A DNA stretch of 64,000 bases from the human T2T-CHM13v2.0 reference genome, Homo sapiens: assembly GCF_009914755.1 (NCBI RefSeq), contig NC_060935.1. The stretch is one strand, 5' to 3'. Of the stretch, positions 45,201 to 58,180 are shown piece by piece (position 1 is the stretch's first letter; every line of letters begins with the position of its first letter). The position numbers and the translations under genes are program-made. The notes beneath the pieces were generated by a model. The model saw only the letters and a program-made list of their open reading frames with translations, ran no database searches and had not been told where the DNA came from.

Positions 45201-45960
45201 CAGGGACAAATGCAAGGCTGTCCTCTCGATCAATATTTCACTCTGCTTCTCAGAGGTATGTGTGGGGTGGAGGTGCTCTGTGTGGAATGCCCAGTAGAAG
45301 TGAACTCCCCTGTGGATGACACAGAAAAAAGGCCTGGATGGAGGTCTCTGGCAAGCCACAGGATGGCTAGGTGTGGTGAGGCAGGGGTCTGCCTGAGCTG
45401 TGTCTTCTTTAGCCATCCAAACGTAAACCCAGGTGCTCCCTGGGCCCTGGGCCCACCAGCACTGGCTTGTTTGTCCTTTGACTTCTGAGTCCAAAGTGAA
45501 AGCTGAGGTTCCTTCCCAGACTTTGGGGTGGCTGAGTGTTCTGTGGTTCCCTGGAAAACTGGCTTCTTTCCCACCTTGGAGGGAGGTGTTTTAGGTCCTT
45601 GTTTCTTAGGCCTGTGGTAGGGCAAGCTGCTTAAGGATAAGGAGAAAGTGGAAGCTCCACGGAGGAGACACAGCATAGGGTAGGTGGTCTTGGATCTCTG
45701 CATCCTTGAAGAACACTACCGGGCTGGTCAGGTCTCCAGGAACCCACAAGAAAACAGAGAAAAAGAGAGGGAAAGAAGGGAAGATGGGTAGGGTAGCTAT
45801 ATAATTTGTCATCCAAACCAAGACACTTTGAGAATGAGAAGGCACTGCTACTAATTACAACAGCACAATCCAGGCATAAGCAGGAGCCTATGGAGGGGTG
45901 GGGAGACAGGCAGAGGGTCAAAGACAGGGACAAGAGAAATATTGAAATAGACATGGAGGG

Positions 45961-46339
45961 TGTATTAGTCCATCCTCACACTGCTAATAAAGACATACCC
46001 GAGACTGGGTAGTTTATAAACAAAAGAGATTTAATTGACTCGCAGTTCAGCATGGCTGAGGAAGCCTTAGGAAACTTACAATCATGACGGAAGGGGAAGC
46101 AAACACATCCTTCTTCACATGGCAGCAGGAGAGAGAAGTACATAGCGAAGGGGAGTAAAGCCCCATATAAAACCATCAGATCTCATGAGAACCCACTCAC
46201 TGTCATAAGAACAGCATGGGAGAACTGCCTCCATGATCTAATCACCTCCCATGAGGTCCTGCCCACAACATGTGGGAATCACAATTCAGATTATAATTCA
46301 AGATGAGATTTTGGGTGGGGACATAGCCAAACCATATCA
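45961..46339 (-). mobile_element. THE1 (C/D-like) solo LTR
   Basis: tgtattagtcc...gggtggggacatagccaaaccatatca; TSD gaggg/gaagg. Confidence 0.93.
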
Positions 46340-48190
46340 GAAGGTCGGCACTGGAAGGAACTCGCAGGTCATCCCACCTAAGCTGGACAACTCAAAAGCG
46401 CAGAGACTTGTCCAGGCCACCAGCACATCACCAGCAAAGCTGGTACTGGATACTTGATCACTGACATCCAGTGTGGTGGTCCCTCCCCTCACAGCCTCCT
46501 GGTCTTGGGTGTACTCAAGGCCCTCTTAGAGCTCAACTGTTCCCTTGAATTGTTATTAGTTTGTTTTGGCGGGGAGAGGGGGGTCAGTGGTTCCAGCCTA
46601 TAAAAATGGGGTATGGATTGTTCAGTGGGCTTTTATCTCTAATAAAGTGCCGTTTGTCTCCTTGGCTTGGCCTCTTAGGAAGGATGAGAAGCCACCCACT
46701 ATTCCCACAGGCCATCCACAGGGGTCTTTATCTGCTTGCAACGTGAGGAATGGCTGGGGCCACTTCTGTGACCCAAACCCAAGCCCAGGTGCCCTGGAAC
46801 CTTGGATGACAAGCACTGGCTTCCTTGCCCTTTGGCTTCTGAGTCCAAGAGTGAAAGCTGAGATTCCTTTGGGAATTACTGGCCTCCTTCTAGTAAATCC
46901 CAAAGCAGAGAGTCTTCTTTATGATCTGTGAGCTCTGCAAACCAGGGACAACATCTGTGGTATTCGCCACTATATGCCCAGTGTTTACCTAGGATAGTTG
47001 TAGGCACATGGGCAGTACTCTAAAATATTGAATGTCTAAATGAAACCTCAGATTTGAGGGCTTATGCCCCAGAATGTGGCCTGGTGTGGTGCTCAGTGGC
47101 ACAGATAAAACATAAGATTTTTTTTTTTTTTTTTGGTGGACAGGATATGCTACTTGATTTTTTTCCCTTTAGGGGATTTATCCTCCTCATTCTGTTTTGC
47201 TAAAGCTAATATTTATTGATTATTTGATTCAGTCTTTAATTCACCAGCTGTTTATTGAACCCCTACCAGGTGCCAAGCACTGTGAATTAAACTCTGGATA
47301 AGGCCTCTCCAAGGTGGCTGGTTCGCCACACTCAGATGTGAGCGGCAGCGATCTGCTATGTTGCAATGGTCTGAATAGACCCAAGGTCTTGCAGCAAAGG
47401 TCAATCTCTTAAAAATCAGAGCCACTAAGCAAACATTCTCGGGGCGCTTTATGGAGTTAAGCTGTTTATGCTGGGGAAGCATTTCTAAAAACTGCACCTG
47501 GGGACTTTTATCCACTTTGTAATTATCCCTGGCTCCTCTATAACGGGATAAATCAAGCATAAGTCTGTCTCTAGGTTTATTGGAGGTTTACATATTTGGA
47601 ATAAAAAGCAAAGAATCAGGCAGATAGTAGCAGAGACAGAGAAAAACCTGGGAAGAAGAAAAATTAGAAGGAGAGAAGTGGATATCTGGACAAATGGGGC
47701 TCAGCCCTGGTTCTGCAATAAATTCCTGGACGAACTTGGCCAAGCCATTTACCCACTCTGATCTGCGAGCCTCCTCATCTGCAAAGTTGGTTGGGTAAAA
47801 TCACTTTTGAGAAATGGTAAAGTGTTCTCTTCATCCTTTCTGGGAGTCTTTATTCCCTGTCTTCCTGAAGAGGCTCTCGCCAATCCCTTTGTCAGAATGC
47901 TAGACAGAGATCAGCAGGCATCACTGTGAAAAACAGAGAAAGTCAAAGAAAAGCTGGTTGTTGTCCAATGCTCGTTAACTCAAGAACAAGAGACTCTCCA
48001 TATTTTTTTGGTGAAAGGTCTTCAGGGTCAGTTCACATATTGGCACATGAACTCGCTGTTCCCATTAAATGAGTCAGGCAAGATGTGAACATTAATTTGA
48101 GTAAGTGAATCAGCCTCACTCTGAAAAAGAAAAAAATATCATTAAGTAGAATGGATGCATGCATATGTAACATGTATATATAACATATAC

Positions 48191-48495
<305 letters not shown>

Positions 48496-48732
48496 CATAT
48501 ACACAGATACGCAAGCACAGACATCATAGGCATGTGCCATCACACACACACAAACACACACACATGCTCAAGCAGGGGGTGGGCCATCACCAGGGTTCCT
48601 TCCATCTCTGGGGCTCTGTGGACCGGATGGGAATTAGAATCCCAGGGCACGGAAGAGGGCTTGATCTTCTTCCTGCCTAAGTTGTTTCCATTTAACAGAT
48701 GGAGAAGCTGTCCTAACAGGATAAAGCTATTA

Positions 48733-48950
48733 GAGGCAGCAAGATAAAGTGGCTAAGAGTCCAGGTCCTAAAGCCAGATTGCCTGAGCCTGGACCCCAGC
48801 TCTGCCACTTAGCCAGGTAATATTTGTCTAATTACTTTGCCTTTCCGTGCCTCAGTCTCCCCACCTATGAAATGGATAACGACAGTACTTAATATTTAAG
48901 AAATTACTTAGAAGAGCACCCAGTCCATACTAAGTGCTCTGTAATATTAA
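48733..48950 (+). mobile_element. MIR
   Basis: gtggctaagagt..agccagattgcctg..ccagctctgccactta..gtgcctcagtctccc. Confidence 0.75.
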
Positions 48951-49139
48951 TGGAGCCAACCATTTCTGAGGGGCTGGAGAAGCCTCTGGAGTCCTCCTTC
49001 ATGCCTCTGCTCCAGGGACCGTGGGTGCAGCACATGCTTGTCAATGTGAACCTGGCATGGGGTCGTTTCTTTTGAGCCTTGTCACCTTCACACATATGTT
49101 TGGAATATGGAAGCTAAGTAGGGTGGTGAAGGGAGAGGG

Positions 49140-49578
49140 TGTAAGAGTTTGCTAGGGCTGCCATGTCAAAGTGCCACAAACTGGATGGTATGGGAGAAGA
49201 GAAAGTGATCACCTCTCTGTTCTGGAGGCTAGAAGTCTGGAATCGAGGTGTCAGCAGGGCCATGCTCCCTCTGAGACTCTGGGAAAAGCCCTTCCTTGCC
49301 TCTTGCTGGCTTCTGGGGGTGGCCAGCAGTCCTTGGCAGTCCTTGGCTTGCAGCCGCATCCTTCAACCTCCGTCTTCTCATGACATCCTCCACTGTGTCT
49401 TCACTATGTTGGCCTCTGTGCCCAAATTTCCCCTTCTGATAAGGACATGGTCATGTTGGATTAGTGCCTCATCTTAACTTGATCATCTGCAGAGATCATT
49501 TTTCCAAATAGTCCCATTTGGGGGACTGGGGGTTAGGACTTCAACATCTTTTGAGGGGACACAAATCAACTCATAACA
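49140..49578 (-). mobile_element. MLT1C-like LTR
   Basis: tgctagggctgcc..gttctggaggctagaagtctg..gcagggccatgctccctctga..ataaggaca..ggggacacaaatcaactcataaca. Confidence 0.88.
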
Positions 49579-50124
49579 GAAGGAGAGGGAAGGAGGGGGA
49601 AGGAGGAAGGGAAAGTTGGAGAGAGCAGGGAGCAGGTGCCAGCCTGTGCTGCCTAGGTAACAGGAGCAGGAGAGAGGTCCTTCCCACTCTGGCAGGCTGT
49701 CCTGACATGCCTGTCACTGTGACAGCTGGGTGTAGATCTGTCCTTGAGCCTGGAGATGGCCCGGTAGGAATCCAGTTTCCTCAGTTCTGCTGTCTGCTGC
49801 CCACTGGCACCCCAGAAAATGAAAATGAAGCAGACATCAAAATCAATGACCAGGAGGTGAACTGGCCTTATCACCACTCCCAGCACATGCCCCAGTGGCC
49901 CGAGCACCTTGTGTAACTGCTGGGGGTCAGTTGGCTCCAAAGCAGGCAGCTCTTACTGGCTAAAGAACACTTGTAGGCCAGCCACCTGCCCTTTGTCTCA
50001 AAAGTCATGGCCACTGCACTTCTTAGTGACTCACTCTACCTCCCTGAACCTCACTTTACTCATCTGTAAAATGGGGTAATGCTAATGACCACAGGGTTTT
50101 TGGAAAGACCAGAAGAGATAACAG

Positions 50125-50310
50125 GCATGAAGTAGTGTGAGTCAGGATACAGAGCACCGGCTGTGGAATATAACTGCCTGGGTTCAAATTCCAGCTCTGC
50201 CACTCACTAGCTAGGAGCTCGTGGGCAGGTAACTTAATCTTCCAGAGCCTCAATTTTCCCATCTGTAAAATGGAGACAATAATATTAATACATCCCTCCT
50301 TTCAGATTAG
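50125..50310 (+). mobile_element. MIR
   Basis: ctgcctgggttcaaattccagctctgccactcactagct..catctgtaaaatgg. Confidence 0.8.
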
Positions 50311-51245
50311 GTTTATGGTAGGGACAAAGAGGACTAAAATAGACATTGCCTTCAAGGAGCCCACAATCTTACGGGAGAGATAAGTTTGGAGGAATAAATA
50401 GAGATACAGTGTTAAGCGAAGTGTCTAGTACCCAGTAAGAGCTCAATAAAGTTCTTGGCTTGTGGTCTTCACAGTTTTGGCTTCCTCTAAGCACGCAGTA
50501 GGCTTTCAACGCATCCTTTGTGCATCAATTCGACTTGGTCTGCCAGGAAAATAGATACCACAGTCTTTAGTCGTTACTGTGTGCCCTGTGGTGAGCACTT
50601 TTACATGTGTTATTTCAGTTAACCTTCCCAAACTCCAAGATTGTTATCCTCTCCATTTTGCAGAGGAGAAAACTGAGCTTCAGGGAAAGGAAGTAAATTG
50701 CCCAGGGTCACGGATTTCAGCCCTGATCTAATCTTGCCTCCAGGGTCCAAGAGCCAGGTCATTCCGACACCTCAAGGAAGTTGATCTGAATCACCATTAC
50801 TTCCATGGTGGGATTTTCAGCAACTCAGAGGTGGTATCTGCTCAGGTACCAGAGAGCCCTGGGCCATGCACCCACCTCTAGAGTTTTCCAAGGGGAAATC
50901 CTGGACACTGCCCGAGATCCCTGGTTGACAGATATGTGTTTGCCTTCCCATTTCTTTTCTTTTCATCCAAGTGCAGAGTAGTGGATGGACATAGGGGCTC
51001 TGGAGGCAGGCAGCAGGGGCATGGGGACTAATAGTTCAGCAGGAAGAGGGTAACTGTGAGCAGGTGAGTCTGGGAGAGCAGAAAATGAAGCAGAGAACAG
51101 TAATGTGGGAGGCAGGATCCAAACTTCCCTAAACTCTGAAGTCAACGTGCTGGTAGATTTGGATAACTCCCTCTTGCCCATCCCCAGCTTTACGACAGTG
51201 TTATCTTCAGTGAAATGGGAGAGCCCTTGCATGAGATGAGTCTGA

Positions 51246-51545
<300 letters not shown>

Positions 51546-52546
51546 TAGCTGAAGTTTAAAAATTCACTGATTGCATTGATTATGCCAGGGACCATATGCA
51601 TTCTTTGTTCTTACTCAAAAGTGAGTGCCCACATACACAGCCAGTTCCTGGCTCACAGTTGAACCTTCACAAATATTTGTTGCATGACTGAATTGTACCA
51701 GGTGCCCTGTGAGACTCTGAGTGCTAAACCTGTAATCTCAGCAGCTCTACACAGACGATAATGGTGATTTTAAAAGTCTTACATTTGTTACATGCTTGCT
51801 GGTTTTCAAAGCCTCTTTGCAGAAGTCATCTCCTTCAGTGTTTACGACAGTTGTGTAGGTGTTAACATCTCCCTTTATAGATGAGAAGACAGGCTTAGAG
51901 AAGTTAGGCCACTCGTCCAAGCTTGCACAGCCAGAGGTTCAAGGCCAGGACTGGTTCCAGGTCACCTGACCTCCCTGCCCACTCCTCTCTCCCTGTCACA
52001 TGAAGATGTGGTCCGGATGTAAATATAATGAGAAAGGTTGGAATCCCAGTACTTTATTTGCTGGGTGACTTTGAGCAGGTCTCTGAGCTTCCCTCTCTGT
52101 AAAACAAGCTTCCTGACCATCTGTGCCTCATGGAGTTGTTTGGAGGCTTAAGTAGGCTTGCAGGCCTCTAAAGGCTTGATCACAGTGCCTCATGTTAAAT
52201 ATTAGGAGTCTAAAGCACAGGGAGGCAAAGTAACTTCCCCAAAGCCAAACAGCTGGTGAACAAAGGAGACAGGCTTTGAACTTGGGTTTATCTAACCTCG
52301 CAACCCGAGCGTCTACCCAGGTAAGCACTCCATAAATGGCAGTTATTGGTATTGTGTTGTTGACTATCAGTTAATTTAAAAGCGAAGGTGGAGGATGAAG
52401 TTTCAGCAATCTCTTTATCCAGCAGGACCTTCCCTTGCTATTCCCAGGGAGTTACTTTTTGGAAAGCTCAGCCACAATGCATTCAGAGGAAGCTTGACCC
52501 TGGACCCCTCCCAGCAAAGCCATCCAGATTCTACCTCTTTTCCTGC

Positions 52547-52550
<4 letters not shown>

Positions 52551-52590
<40 letters not shown>
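52551..52590. repeat. (TG)20 microsatellite, followed by cacgcgtgtgt
   Basis: Counted directly. Confidence 0.98.
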
Positions 52591-52591
<1 letters not shown>

Positions 52592-53248
52592 ACGCGTGTG
52601 TCCCTGGGAATTGCAAGCATTCCTGAGGGTGAAGGAGCAGGCAGACCCTTGGACCTTGTGCTAAAAACACTCAGAGAGGCTGGCCCTGGCCTGTGTGTAG
52701 CTTGTTGAAGGGAGAAAAAGAGAGAAAGTGGAGGAATCCCTGAGCTAGTCGAGGCCCAGAAGTGTCAAGACCACAACCTTCTAACCTCCACAGGGTGTTC
52801 CTAAGATTTGTGAATTTATTTCCATGAAAGTCATTGCAAAGATAAACAAATTTAATCACTCAGTTGTATATTTAATGAACTGTCATGTTTTGGAAATGAT
52901 TGCAAATTACATATAAAAGGAGACAATTCAGAAAAAAATCAGGGAGGCAATGATTAAACATTTAAAATGCAGACTGCCTTGGCAAAGCTAGGTTGTAAGG
53001 TCAGCATGCCTCTGGGGAAAGAATCTGCCAAGTCTAGTGTTATCCAAACAGCCATTCAAGCATTGGGCTCACCTGTATTGCGTATTTATCATGTGCCAGG
53101 AGCTATACCAAGGAGTTTCTATGAGACCCTCACAGCCACCCCATGCTAGAGTTGCAGTTACGATTCCCATTTAGAAATGCATGGGAGAGTTTAGGTGGCT
53201 GGCTCAAGGTGGCACAGTTATGAGGTGGCATAAAAAATTCCCCTGAGT

Positions 53249-53637
<389 letters not shown>

Positions 53638-54845
53638 TCACGTTATAAATGTCAGAAGCCAGAGGTCATCCCTTCTAGTGATTTCAAATGCCTTTTAAGC
53701 AAAGGACACTTTCTCCTTGAAATCTCATGTGAGACACCATCATGCAAAACAGATAAAAAGGGAACCTGTTTCTGGCTAAAGCTGGGAGGGGGATTGCTCG
53801 TCCTCTCTCACCACTCTCATTCTTAAGATATTCTCATTCTTAAGATACCCAGGAGCAGTACCTACCAACCCAACTTGAAACCTGTTGATCTTGTCCAGAT
53901 GCCTCATTTCACAGATGGTAACACTGAGGCCCAGAGAGGGGAAGGAATCGCCCAGATGGCCAAGACTGGAACGTGGGCCTGTGGACTCCTGGTTCAGGGA
54001 TCTTTGCTGGGCATTAGGTCTGCAAATGCTCACCCCAATCACTGTAAATCCTGTGTACAGTGATTGGGGCGTAGAACCTGGGTGGTGCAGCACTAGACAC
54101 ACTTCGGTGAATTTGGGGCTTTTAGGCCAATTCAACTTTTTTCTCCAGATGCTGGAGAAAGCGAAGCCTAAGAGCTTCCTAGGGGAAAGGTGAGTATTTT
54201 CAGAAGAACCACTTCCACTAGATGCCCCAATTCCAGAGGTATTGAAAGCACCCTGGCCTGGGAGTCAGGAGGTCTGGGTTCAATGCCCAGCTCTTAACCA
54301 TGATGAGAATCTAGTCTATGTTTCTTCCTCAGTTTCCCTATTGGTGAAATGAAGTGGTTGGATTACAGTGAGTTCTCCACAAGTTTCCTTCCCGAATCTT
54401 TTTAGAACTTTCAGGCCAGGCCACTTCCGGGTTTCTGCCAACCTAGACTCCAGTGGGTCGGCTCTGGCCTTCCCTGCTCCTTCTCCCTCCTGAGGACTGC
54501 CCATCCATCCACAGCCCCACCACCTGCTCTTTCGTTCCTTCCCAGCTTCTCCCCTCTTTAGCCCCTCTCCTTGGTGGAGACTTCACCCTCTAAGTTTCCT
54601 GATAAGCCACAATCTTGGTGTCTTACTTGCTTTCATCAAACAGCCAAAGGGATTCTATGGGCCATTTGCCCAAGCCTCCATTTTACAGATGTAAGGACCG
54701 AGGCCAGAGAAGGGAGGGATTTCCTCAAGATTACCTTGTGAGAGGGAGGTGCGGTCTTCCTGTAACCCGAGTCAGCCTTATCTTGTCCAGGACTAAATTC
54801 TTCGGGCGCCTAACTTTAAAAAAATAAAGTACTTTTTTGGCCTAA

Positions 54846-55237
<392 letters not shown>

Positions 55238-56408
55238 GAATTATGTTTCCCAATTGAGAGGACATTCGAGATGTTCAAGGAAATTAAGGTCATTGGAGGT
55301 AATCCAAGGGCCTCCAATACCCTAATTGACCTGGTGAGGAGTGGGAGTGGAGGGGGTCCCTTCCCAATTCTCTTTTCATCAATGCTCTTGATGAAGAGTT
55401 TGTTGCTAATGTGTCTTTAACACCTTTCTAGCCTTTGGTAACCTTCCTTTCAAAGAGAAAGTGGGACCTCAGCTTCAACACCTCCTCAGGCAGCAGTATC
55501 TTGTTAGACTGTATTATTATTATTGTGGTTAAAGATACATTGTTAGAATTTAATAACACTTATTTTCATTGTATTTATTTTGATGGTTACCTTCTATTTA
55601 TAGTAATGTGATGCTGGCTTTCCATTTATGGTAATAATTTAACATATCTTTTTAAAAACAAGCTCACTTAAGTAAATTAAAAAAGAATGAAAAAATAAGA
55701 GTTGATTTAGAGAAGCCTATTCAGCAGATGTCCTTAGCTAATGCACAGATAGGGCCAGGTCCTCCATGGAGGCTGGAGAGAGGCTGAGGTCCAGGAAACT
55801 GACTTGGAACTGGAGTCAGGGACCGAGCTGGTTGTCTAAGTTGTGCAGCGGGTCTGCACTCTCTTCCCCTGCGCCTGCCCCGTTCTGCCAAGCCCCAGAC
55901 CCTTAGAGACTCTATCCCTCTCTCTGCCTGTCTCTGGTCTCCACTTCCCCAGCTCCAGCACCCTTGCTGTGGGCTTCCCGTTTTTCCTCTTTAAATGTAT
56001 GTGGCGCCTGGTGTCCAAGGAGGCTCACACGGGGCCTCTCCCAGCAGCATTCCACAAGTGCAGGGCCTGCGGGGTGTTCAGCCTCCACCCTCCATTCTGT
56101 TTTGGCAGCTGAAGGGTGAATGTGGAGCCCTTCTCCTTGTCCTCCTCTTATAGAAATTCCACCATTAGGGACTTCCTCCCCTTGGGTGAAGCTTTGCTCA
56201 CTCTGGGTCCCTTTGAAACCGCGGATCCAGGGATTTTTCTTCCAGCCACGTGCCTACTCTAAGAGTCCCGGTGACGCGGTGAAGTTCTTTAAAGGACCAG
56301 ACATCCCTGAAGTCCTTACAGGGACATCCCCTTACAGGGACGAATCCATTTCCTGGAATGTGGGCAAGGAAAGGCAGCCACTTCCTGCCTCTCAAAACTC
56401 TGGCTGGT

Positions 56409-56529
56409 GGCTGGGTGCAGTGGCTACGTCTGTCATCTCAGCACTTTGGGAGACTGAGGTGGGAGGATCACTTGAGGCCAGGAATTGGAGACCAGCCTGG
56501 GCAACATGGTAAGAGTCCAGCTCTACAAA

Positions 56530-56576
<47 letters not shown>

Positions 56577-56801
56577 AAAAACAACAGAAAACATTAGCCA
56601 GGCATGATGGCGCATGCCTCTGGTCCCAGCTACTCGAGGGGGCTGAGTTGGAAGGATTGGATTGCTTGAGCCCAGGAGGTCGAGCCTACAGTAAGCCGTG
56701 CAGGAGGTCGGGCTACAGTGAGCTGTGCTTGTTGACCAGGCTTGTCCAGCCTGGTCAGCAGAGCGAGACCTTGTCTCAAAAACAAAACAAAAACAAAACA
56801 A
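56409..56801 (+). mobile_element. Alu (AluJ-like) with a (CA)/(CG) microsatellite in the linker and an internal duplication
   Basis: Alu dimer; linker (CA)3(CG)3(CA)16; duplicated caggaggtcg..tacagt..gc(c/t)gtg. Confidence 0.92.
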
Positions 56802-57760
56802 GAAGATCCCCCTCCCCCCAAACTCTGCCCAGTGGCCTGACTACCAACATCCATATACAAGACAGGAGTAGGGTCAACTCCTTCCTATCAGTCACCCCTT
56901 AGTGAGAATCAGCTGGCCAAGGGGCCTCCTGCAGAGCTGATGTGTGCTTGAATGCCTAGGGCCCACGGGGATGGGGTGTGGAAGCTTCAAGCTGGGACTC
57001 AAAACAGAGTTGCCAAGGGAAGAGGAGTGGGCGACCCGAGCCCCTGTCATCAGTACTTTCACTTGGGCTGTCAGTTTTGATCTGCTTGCTTGTCCGTTTT
57101 GTCTGGGGCAGGGTCGGGTAGTTGTTTAGAGGAGGCTCAGAGGTTAAAAGTCTCAGGCAAGTCATGTCAGGGGTTGGGAGCCAGTGCTGCTGTGGCAGCA
57201 GTACAGAGAAGAAAAGATAAGCTCCCCAGCCCCGCAAGAACCTCAGCCCTGAGGCCGGAGACACAGATCTGGCCCCTTGCAATCAAGTCATTTGCATCTG
57301 ACCTGGGGTCAGGCCCCTCCATGCAGGAAGTCCCCTTTCTTATCTGCAAGTCAGAGGAGGGTGAGTTCCCCAGGCTTTCAACAGGTACTTCCCCCGGCAG
57401 CGGGAAGCCCAGGAGCCCGATCGGGACCGAGGATCTCACCCCAACCCCTGCGTTTGGGCCCCGGGGTCAGCTGAAAGTTCCCCTGGAATAAACACTTCGG
57501 GTCCAGCATGCCCCTCTCCCCACTCCCGCAACGATCTTCCGAATTCAGACGCAGAGAGGGCCCGCGAGCAGAGCGGGAGGTGGTCGGAGGCGGAGGAAGG
57601 GGAGATGGGCAGAGGGTGGGCCCAGGGACCCCCAGACAAGGCCTGGACGCGGGGTTGGAGGAGGAGGCGGAGGCTGGCGGGAGGCGAGGGGCAGCCCGCA
57701 GAGGAGACGCGCTTCTCGGCAGCAACGGCGTCTGGAGCCGGGAGGGGCGGAGGTTTGGGG

Positions 57761-57830
57761 AGGGGGAGGGAGGGCGGGGGAGGGGGAGGGAGGGCGGGGG
57801 AGGGGGAGGGAGGGCGGGGGAGGGGAGGGA
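57761..57830 (+). repeat. Perfect 3x 20-bp tandem repeat AGGGGGAGGGAGGGCGGGGG (plus partial 4th); GC-box/G-quadruplex array
   Basis: Identical units at 57761-57780, 57781-57800 and 57801-57820. Confidence 0.95.
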
Positions 57831-58180
57831 CGGACGGCGGCGGAGGTGGGGCCGGCGGGCTGGCGGGCGTGCAGCTGCCGCCGGCGTCGCGGGGCTCCAG
57901 GCTGCGGGGCGGACGTAGCGCCGAGCGATCCACCGCGGAGCCGCGCGAGGCCGCCCGAGCCCCAGCCCCGGCCCCGGCCCCAGCCCGGGCCCCGGCCCCG
58001 GTCCCGGCCCCGAGCCCCGAGCGAGCGCCGCCGCCTCGCGCTGCGGGTCCCCGGACGCGCCGCCACCGCCGGGAAGGCAGCCGGCGCCGGGCAAGTTGCG
58101 AGCGCGCCCCTCCGACCAGGAAAGTTTCCCCCCGGCCGCCGGCGGGATTTGGCGCGGGGTCCGGCAGCCGCCGCTGGAAG
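57830..58180 (+). other. Putative non-coding first exon (5' UTR); TSS position approximate
   Basis: Immediately downstream of the GC-box array; no ATG between 57830 and 58180; ends at donor AAG|GTATGG. Confidence 0.65.
57959..58019 (+). repeat. Degenerate (GCCCCG)n hexamer tract (GGGGCC on the - strand), 9 in-phase units plus 1
   Basis: gcccca gccccg gccccg gcccca gcccgg gccccg gccccg gtcccg gccccg a gccccg. Confidence 0.9.

Noticed and set aside
52318-52326. Strong donor CAG|GTAAGC
   Set aside because: Lies in MIR-like 3' sequence (gtaagcactc) and has no convincing upstream acceptor.
58059-58070. Perfect Kozak hexamer context GCCGCCACC in exon 1
   Set aside because: Followed by GCC rather than ATG or a near-cognate codon; expected by chance in GCC-rich sequence.
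57830-58180. Assigning a gene symbol to the CpG-island promoter
   Set aside because: There is no coding sequence in the window and I do not reliably recognise the 5' UTR; a BLAST/BLAT search is required.
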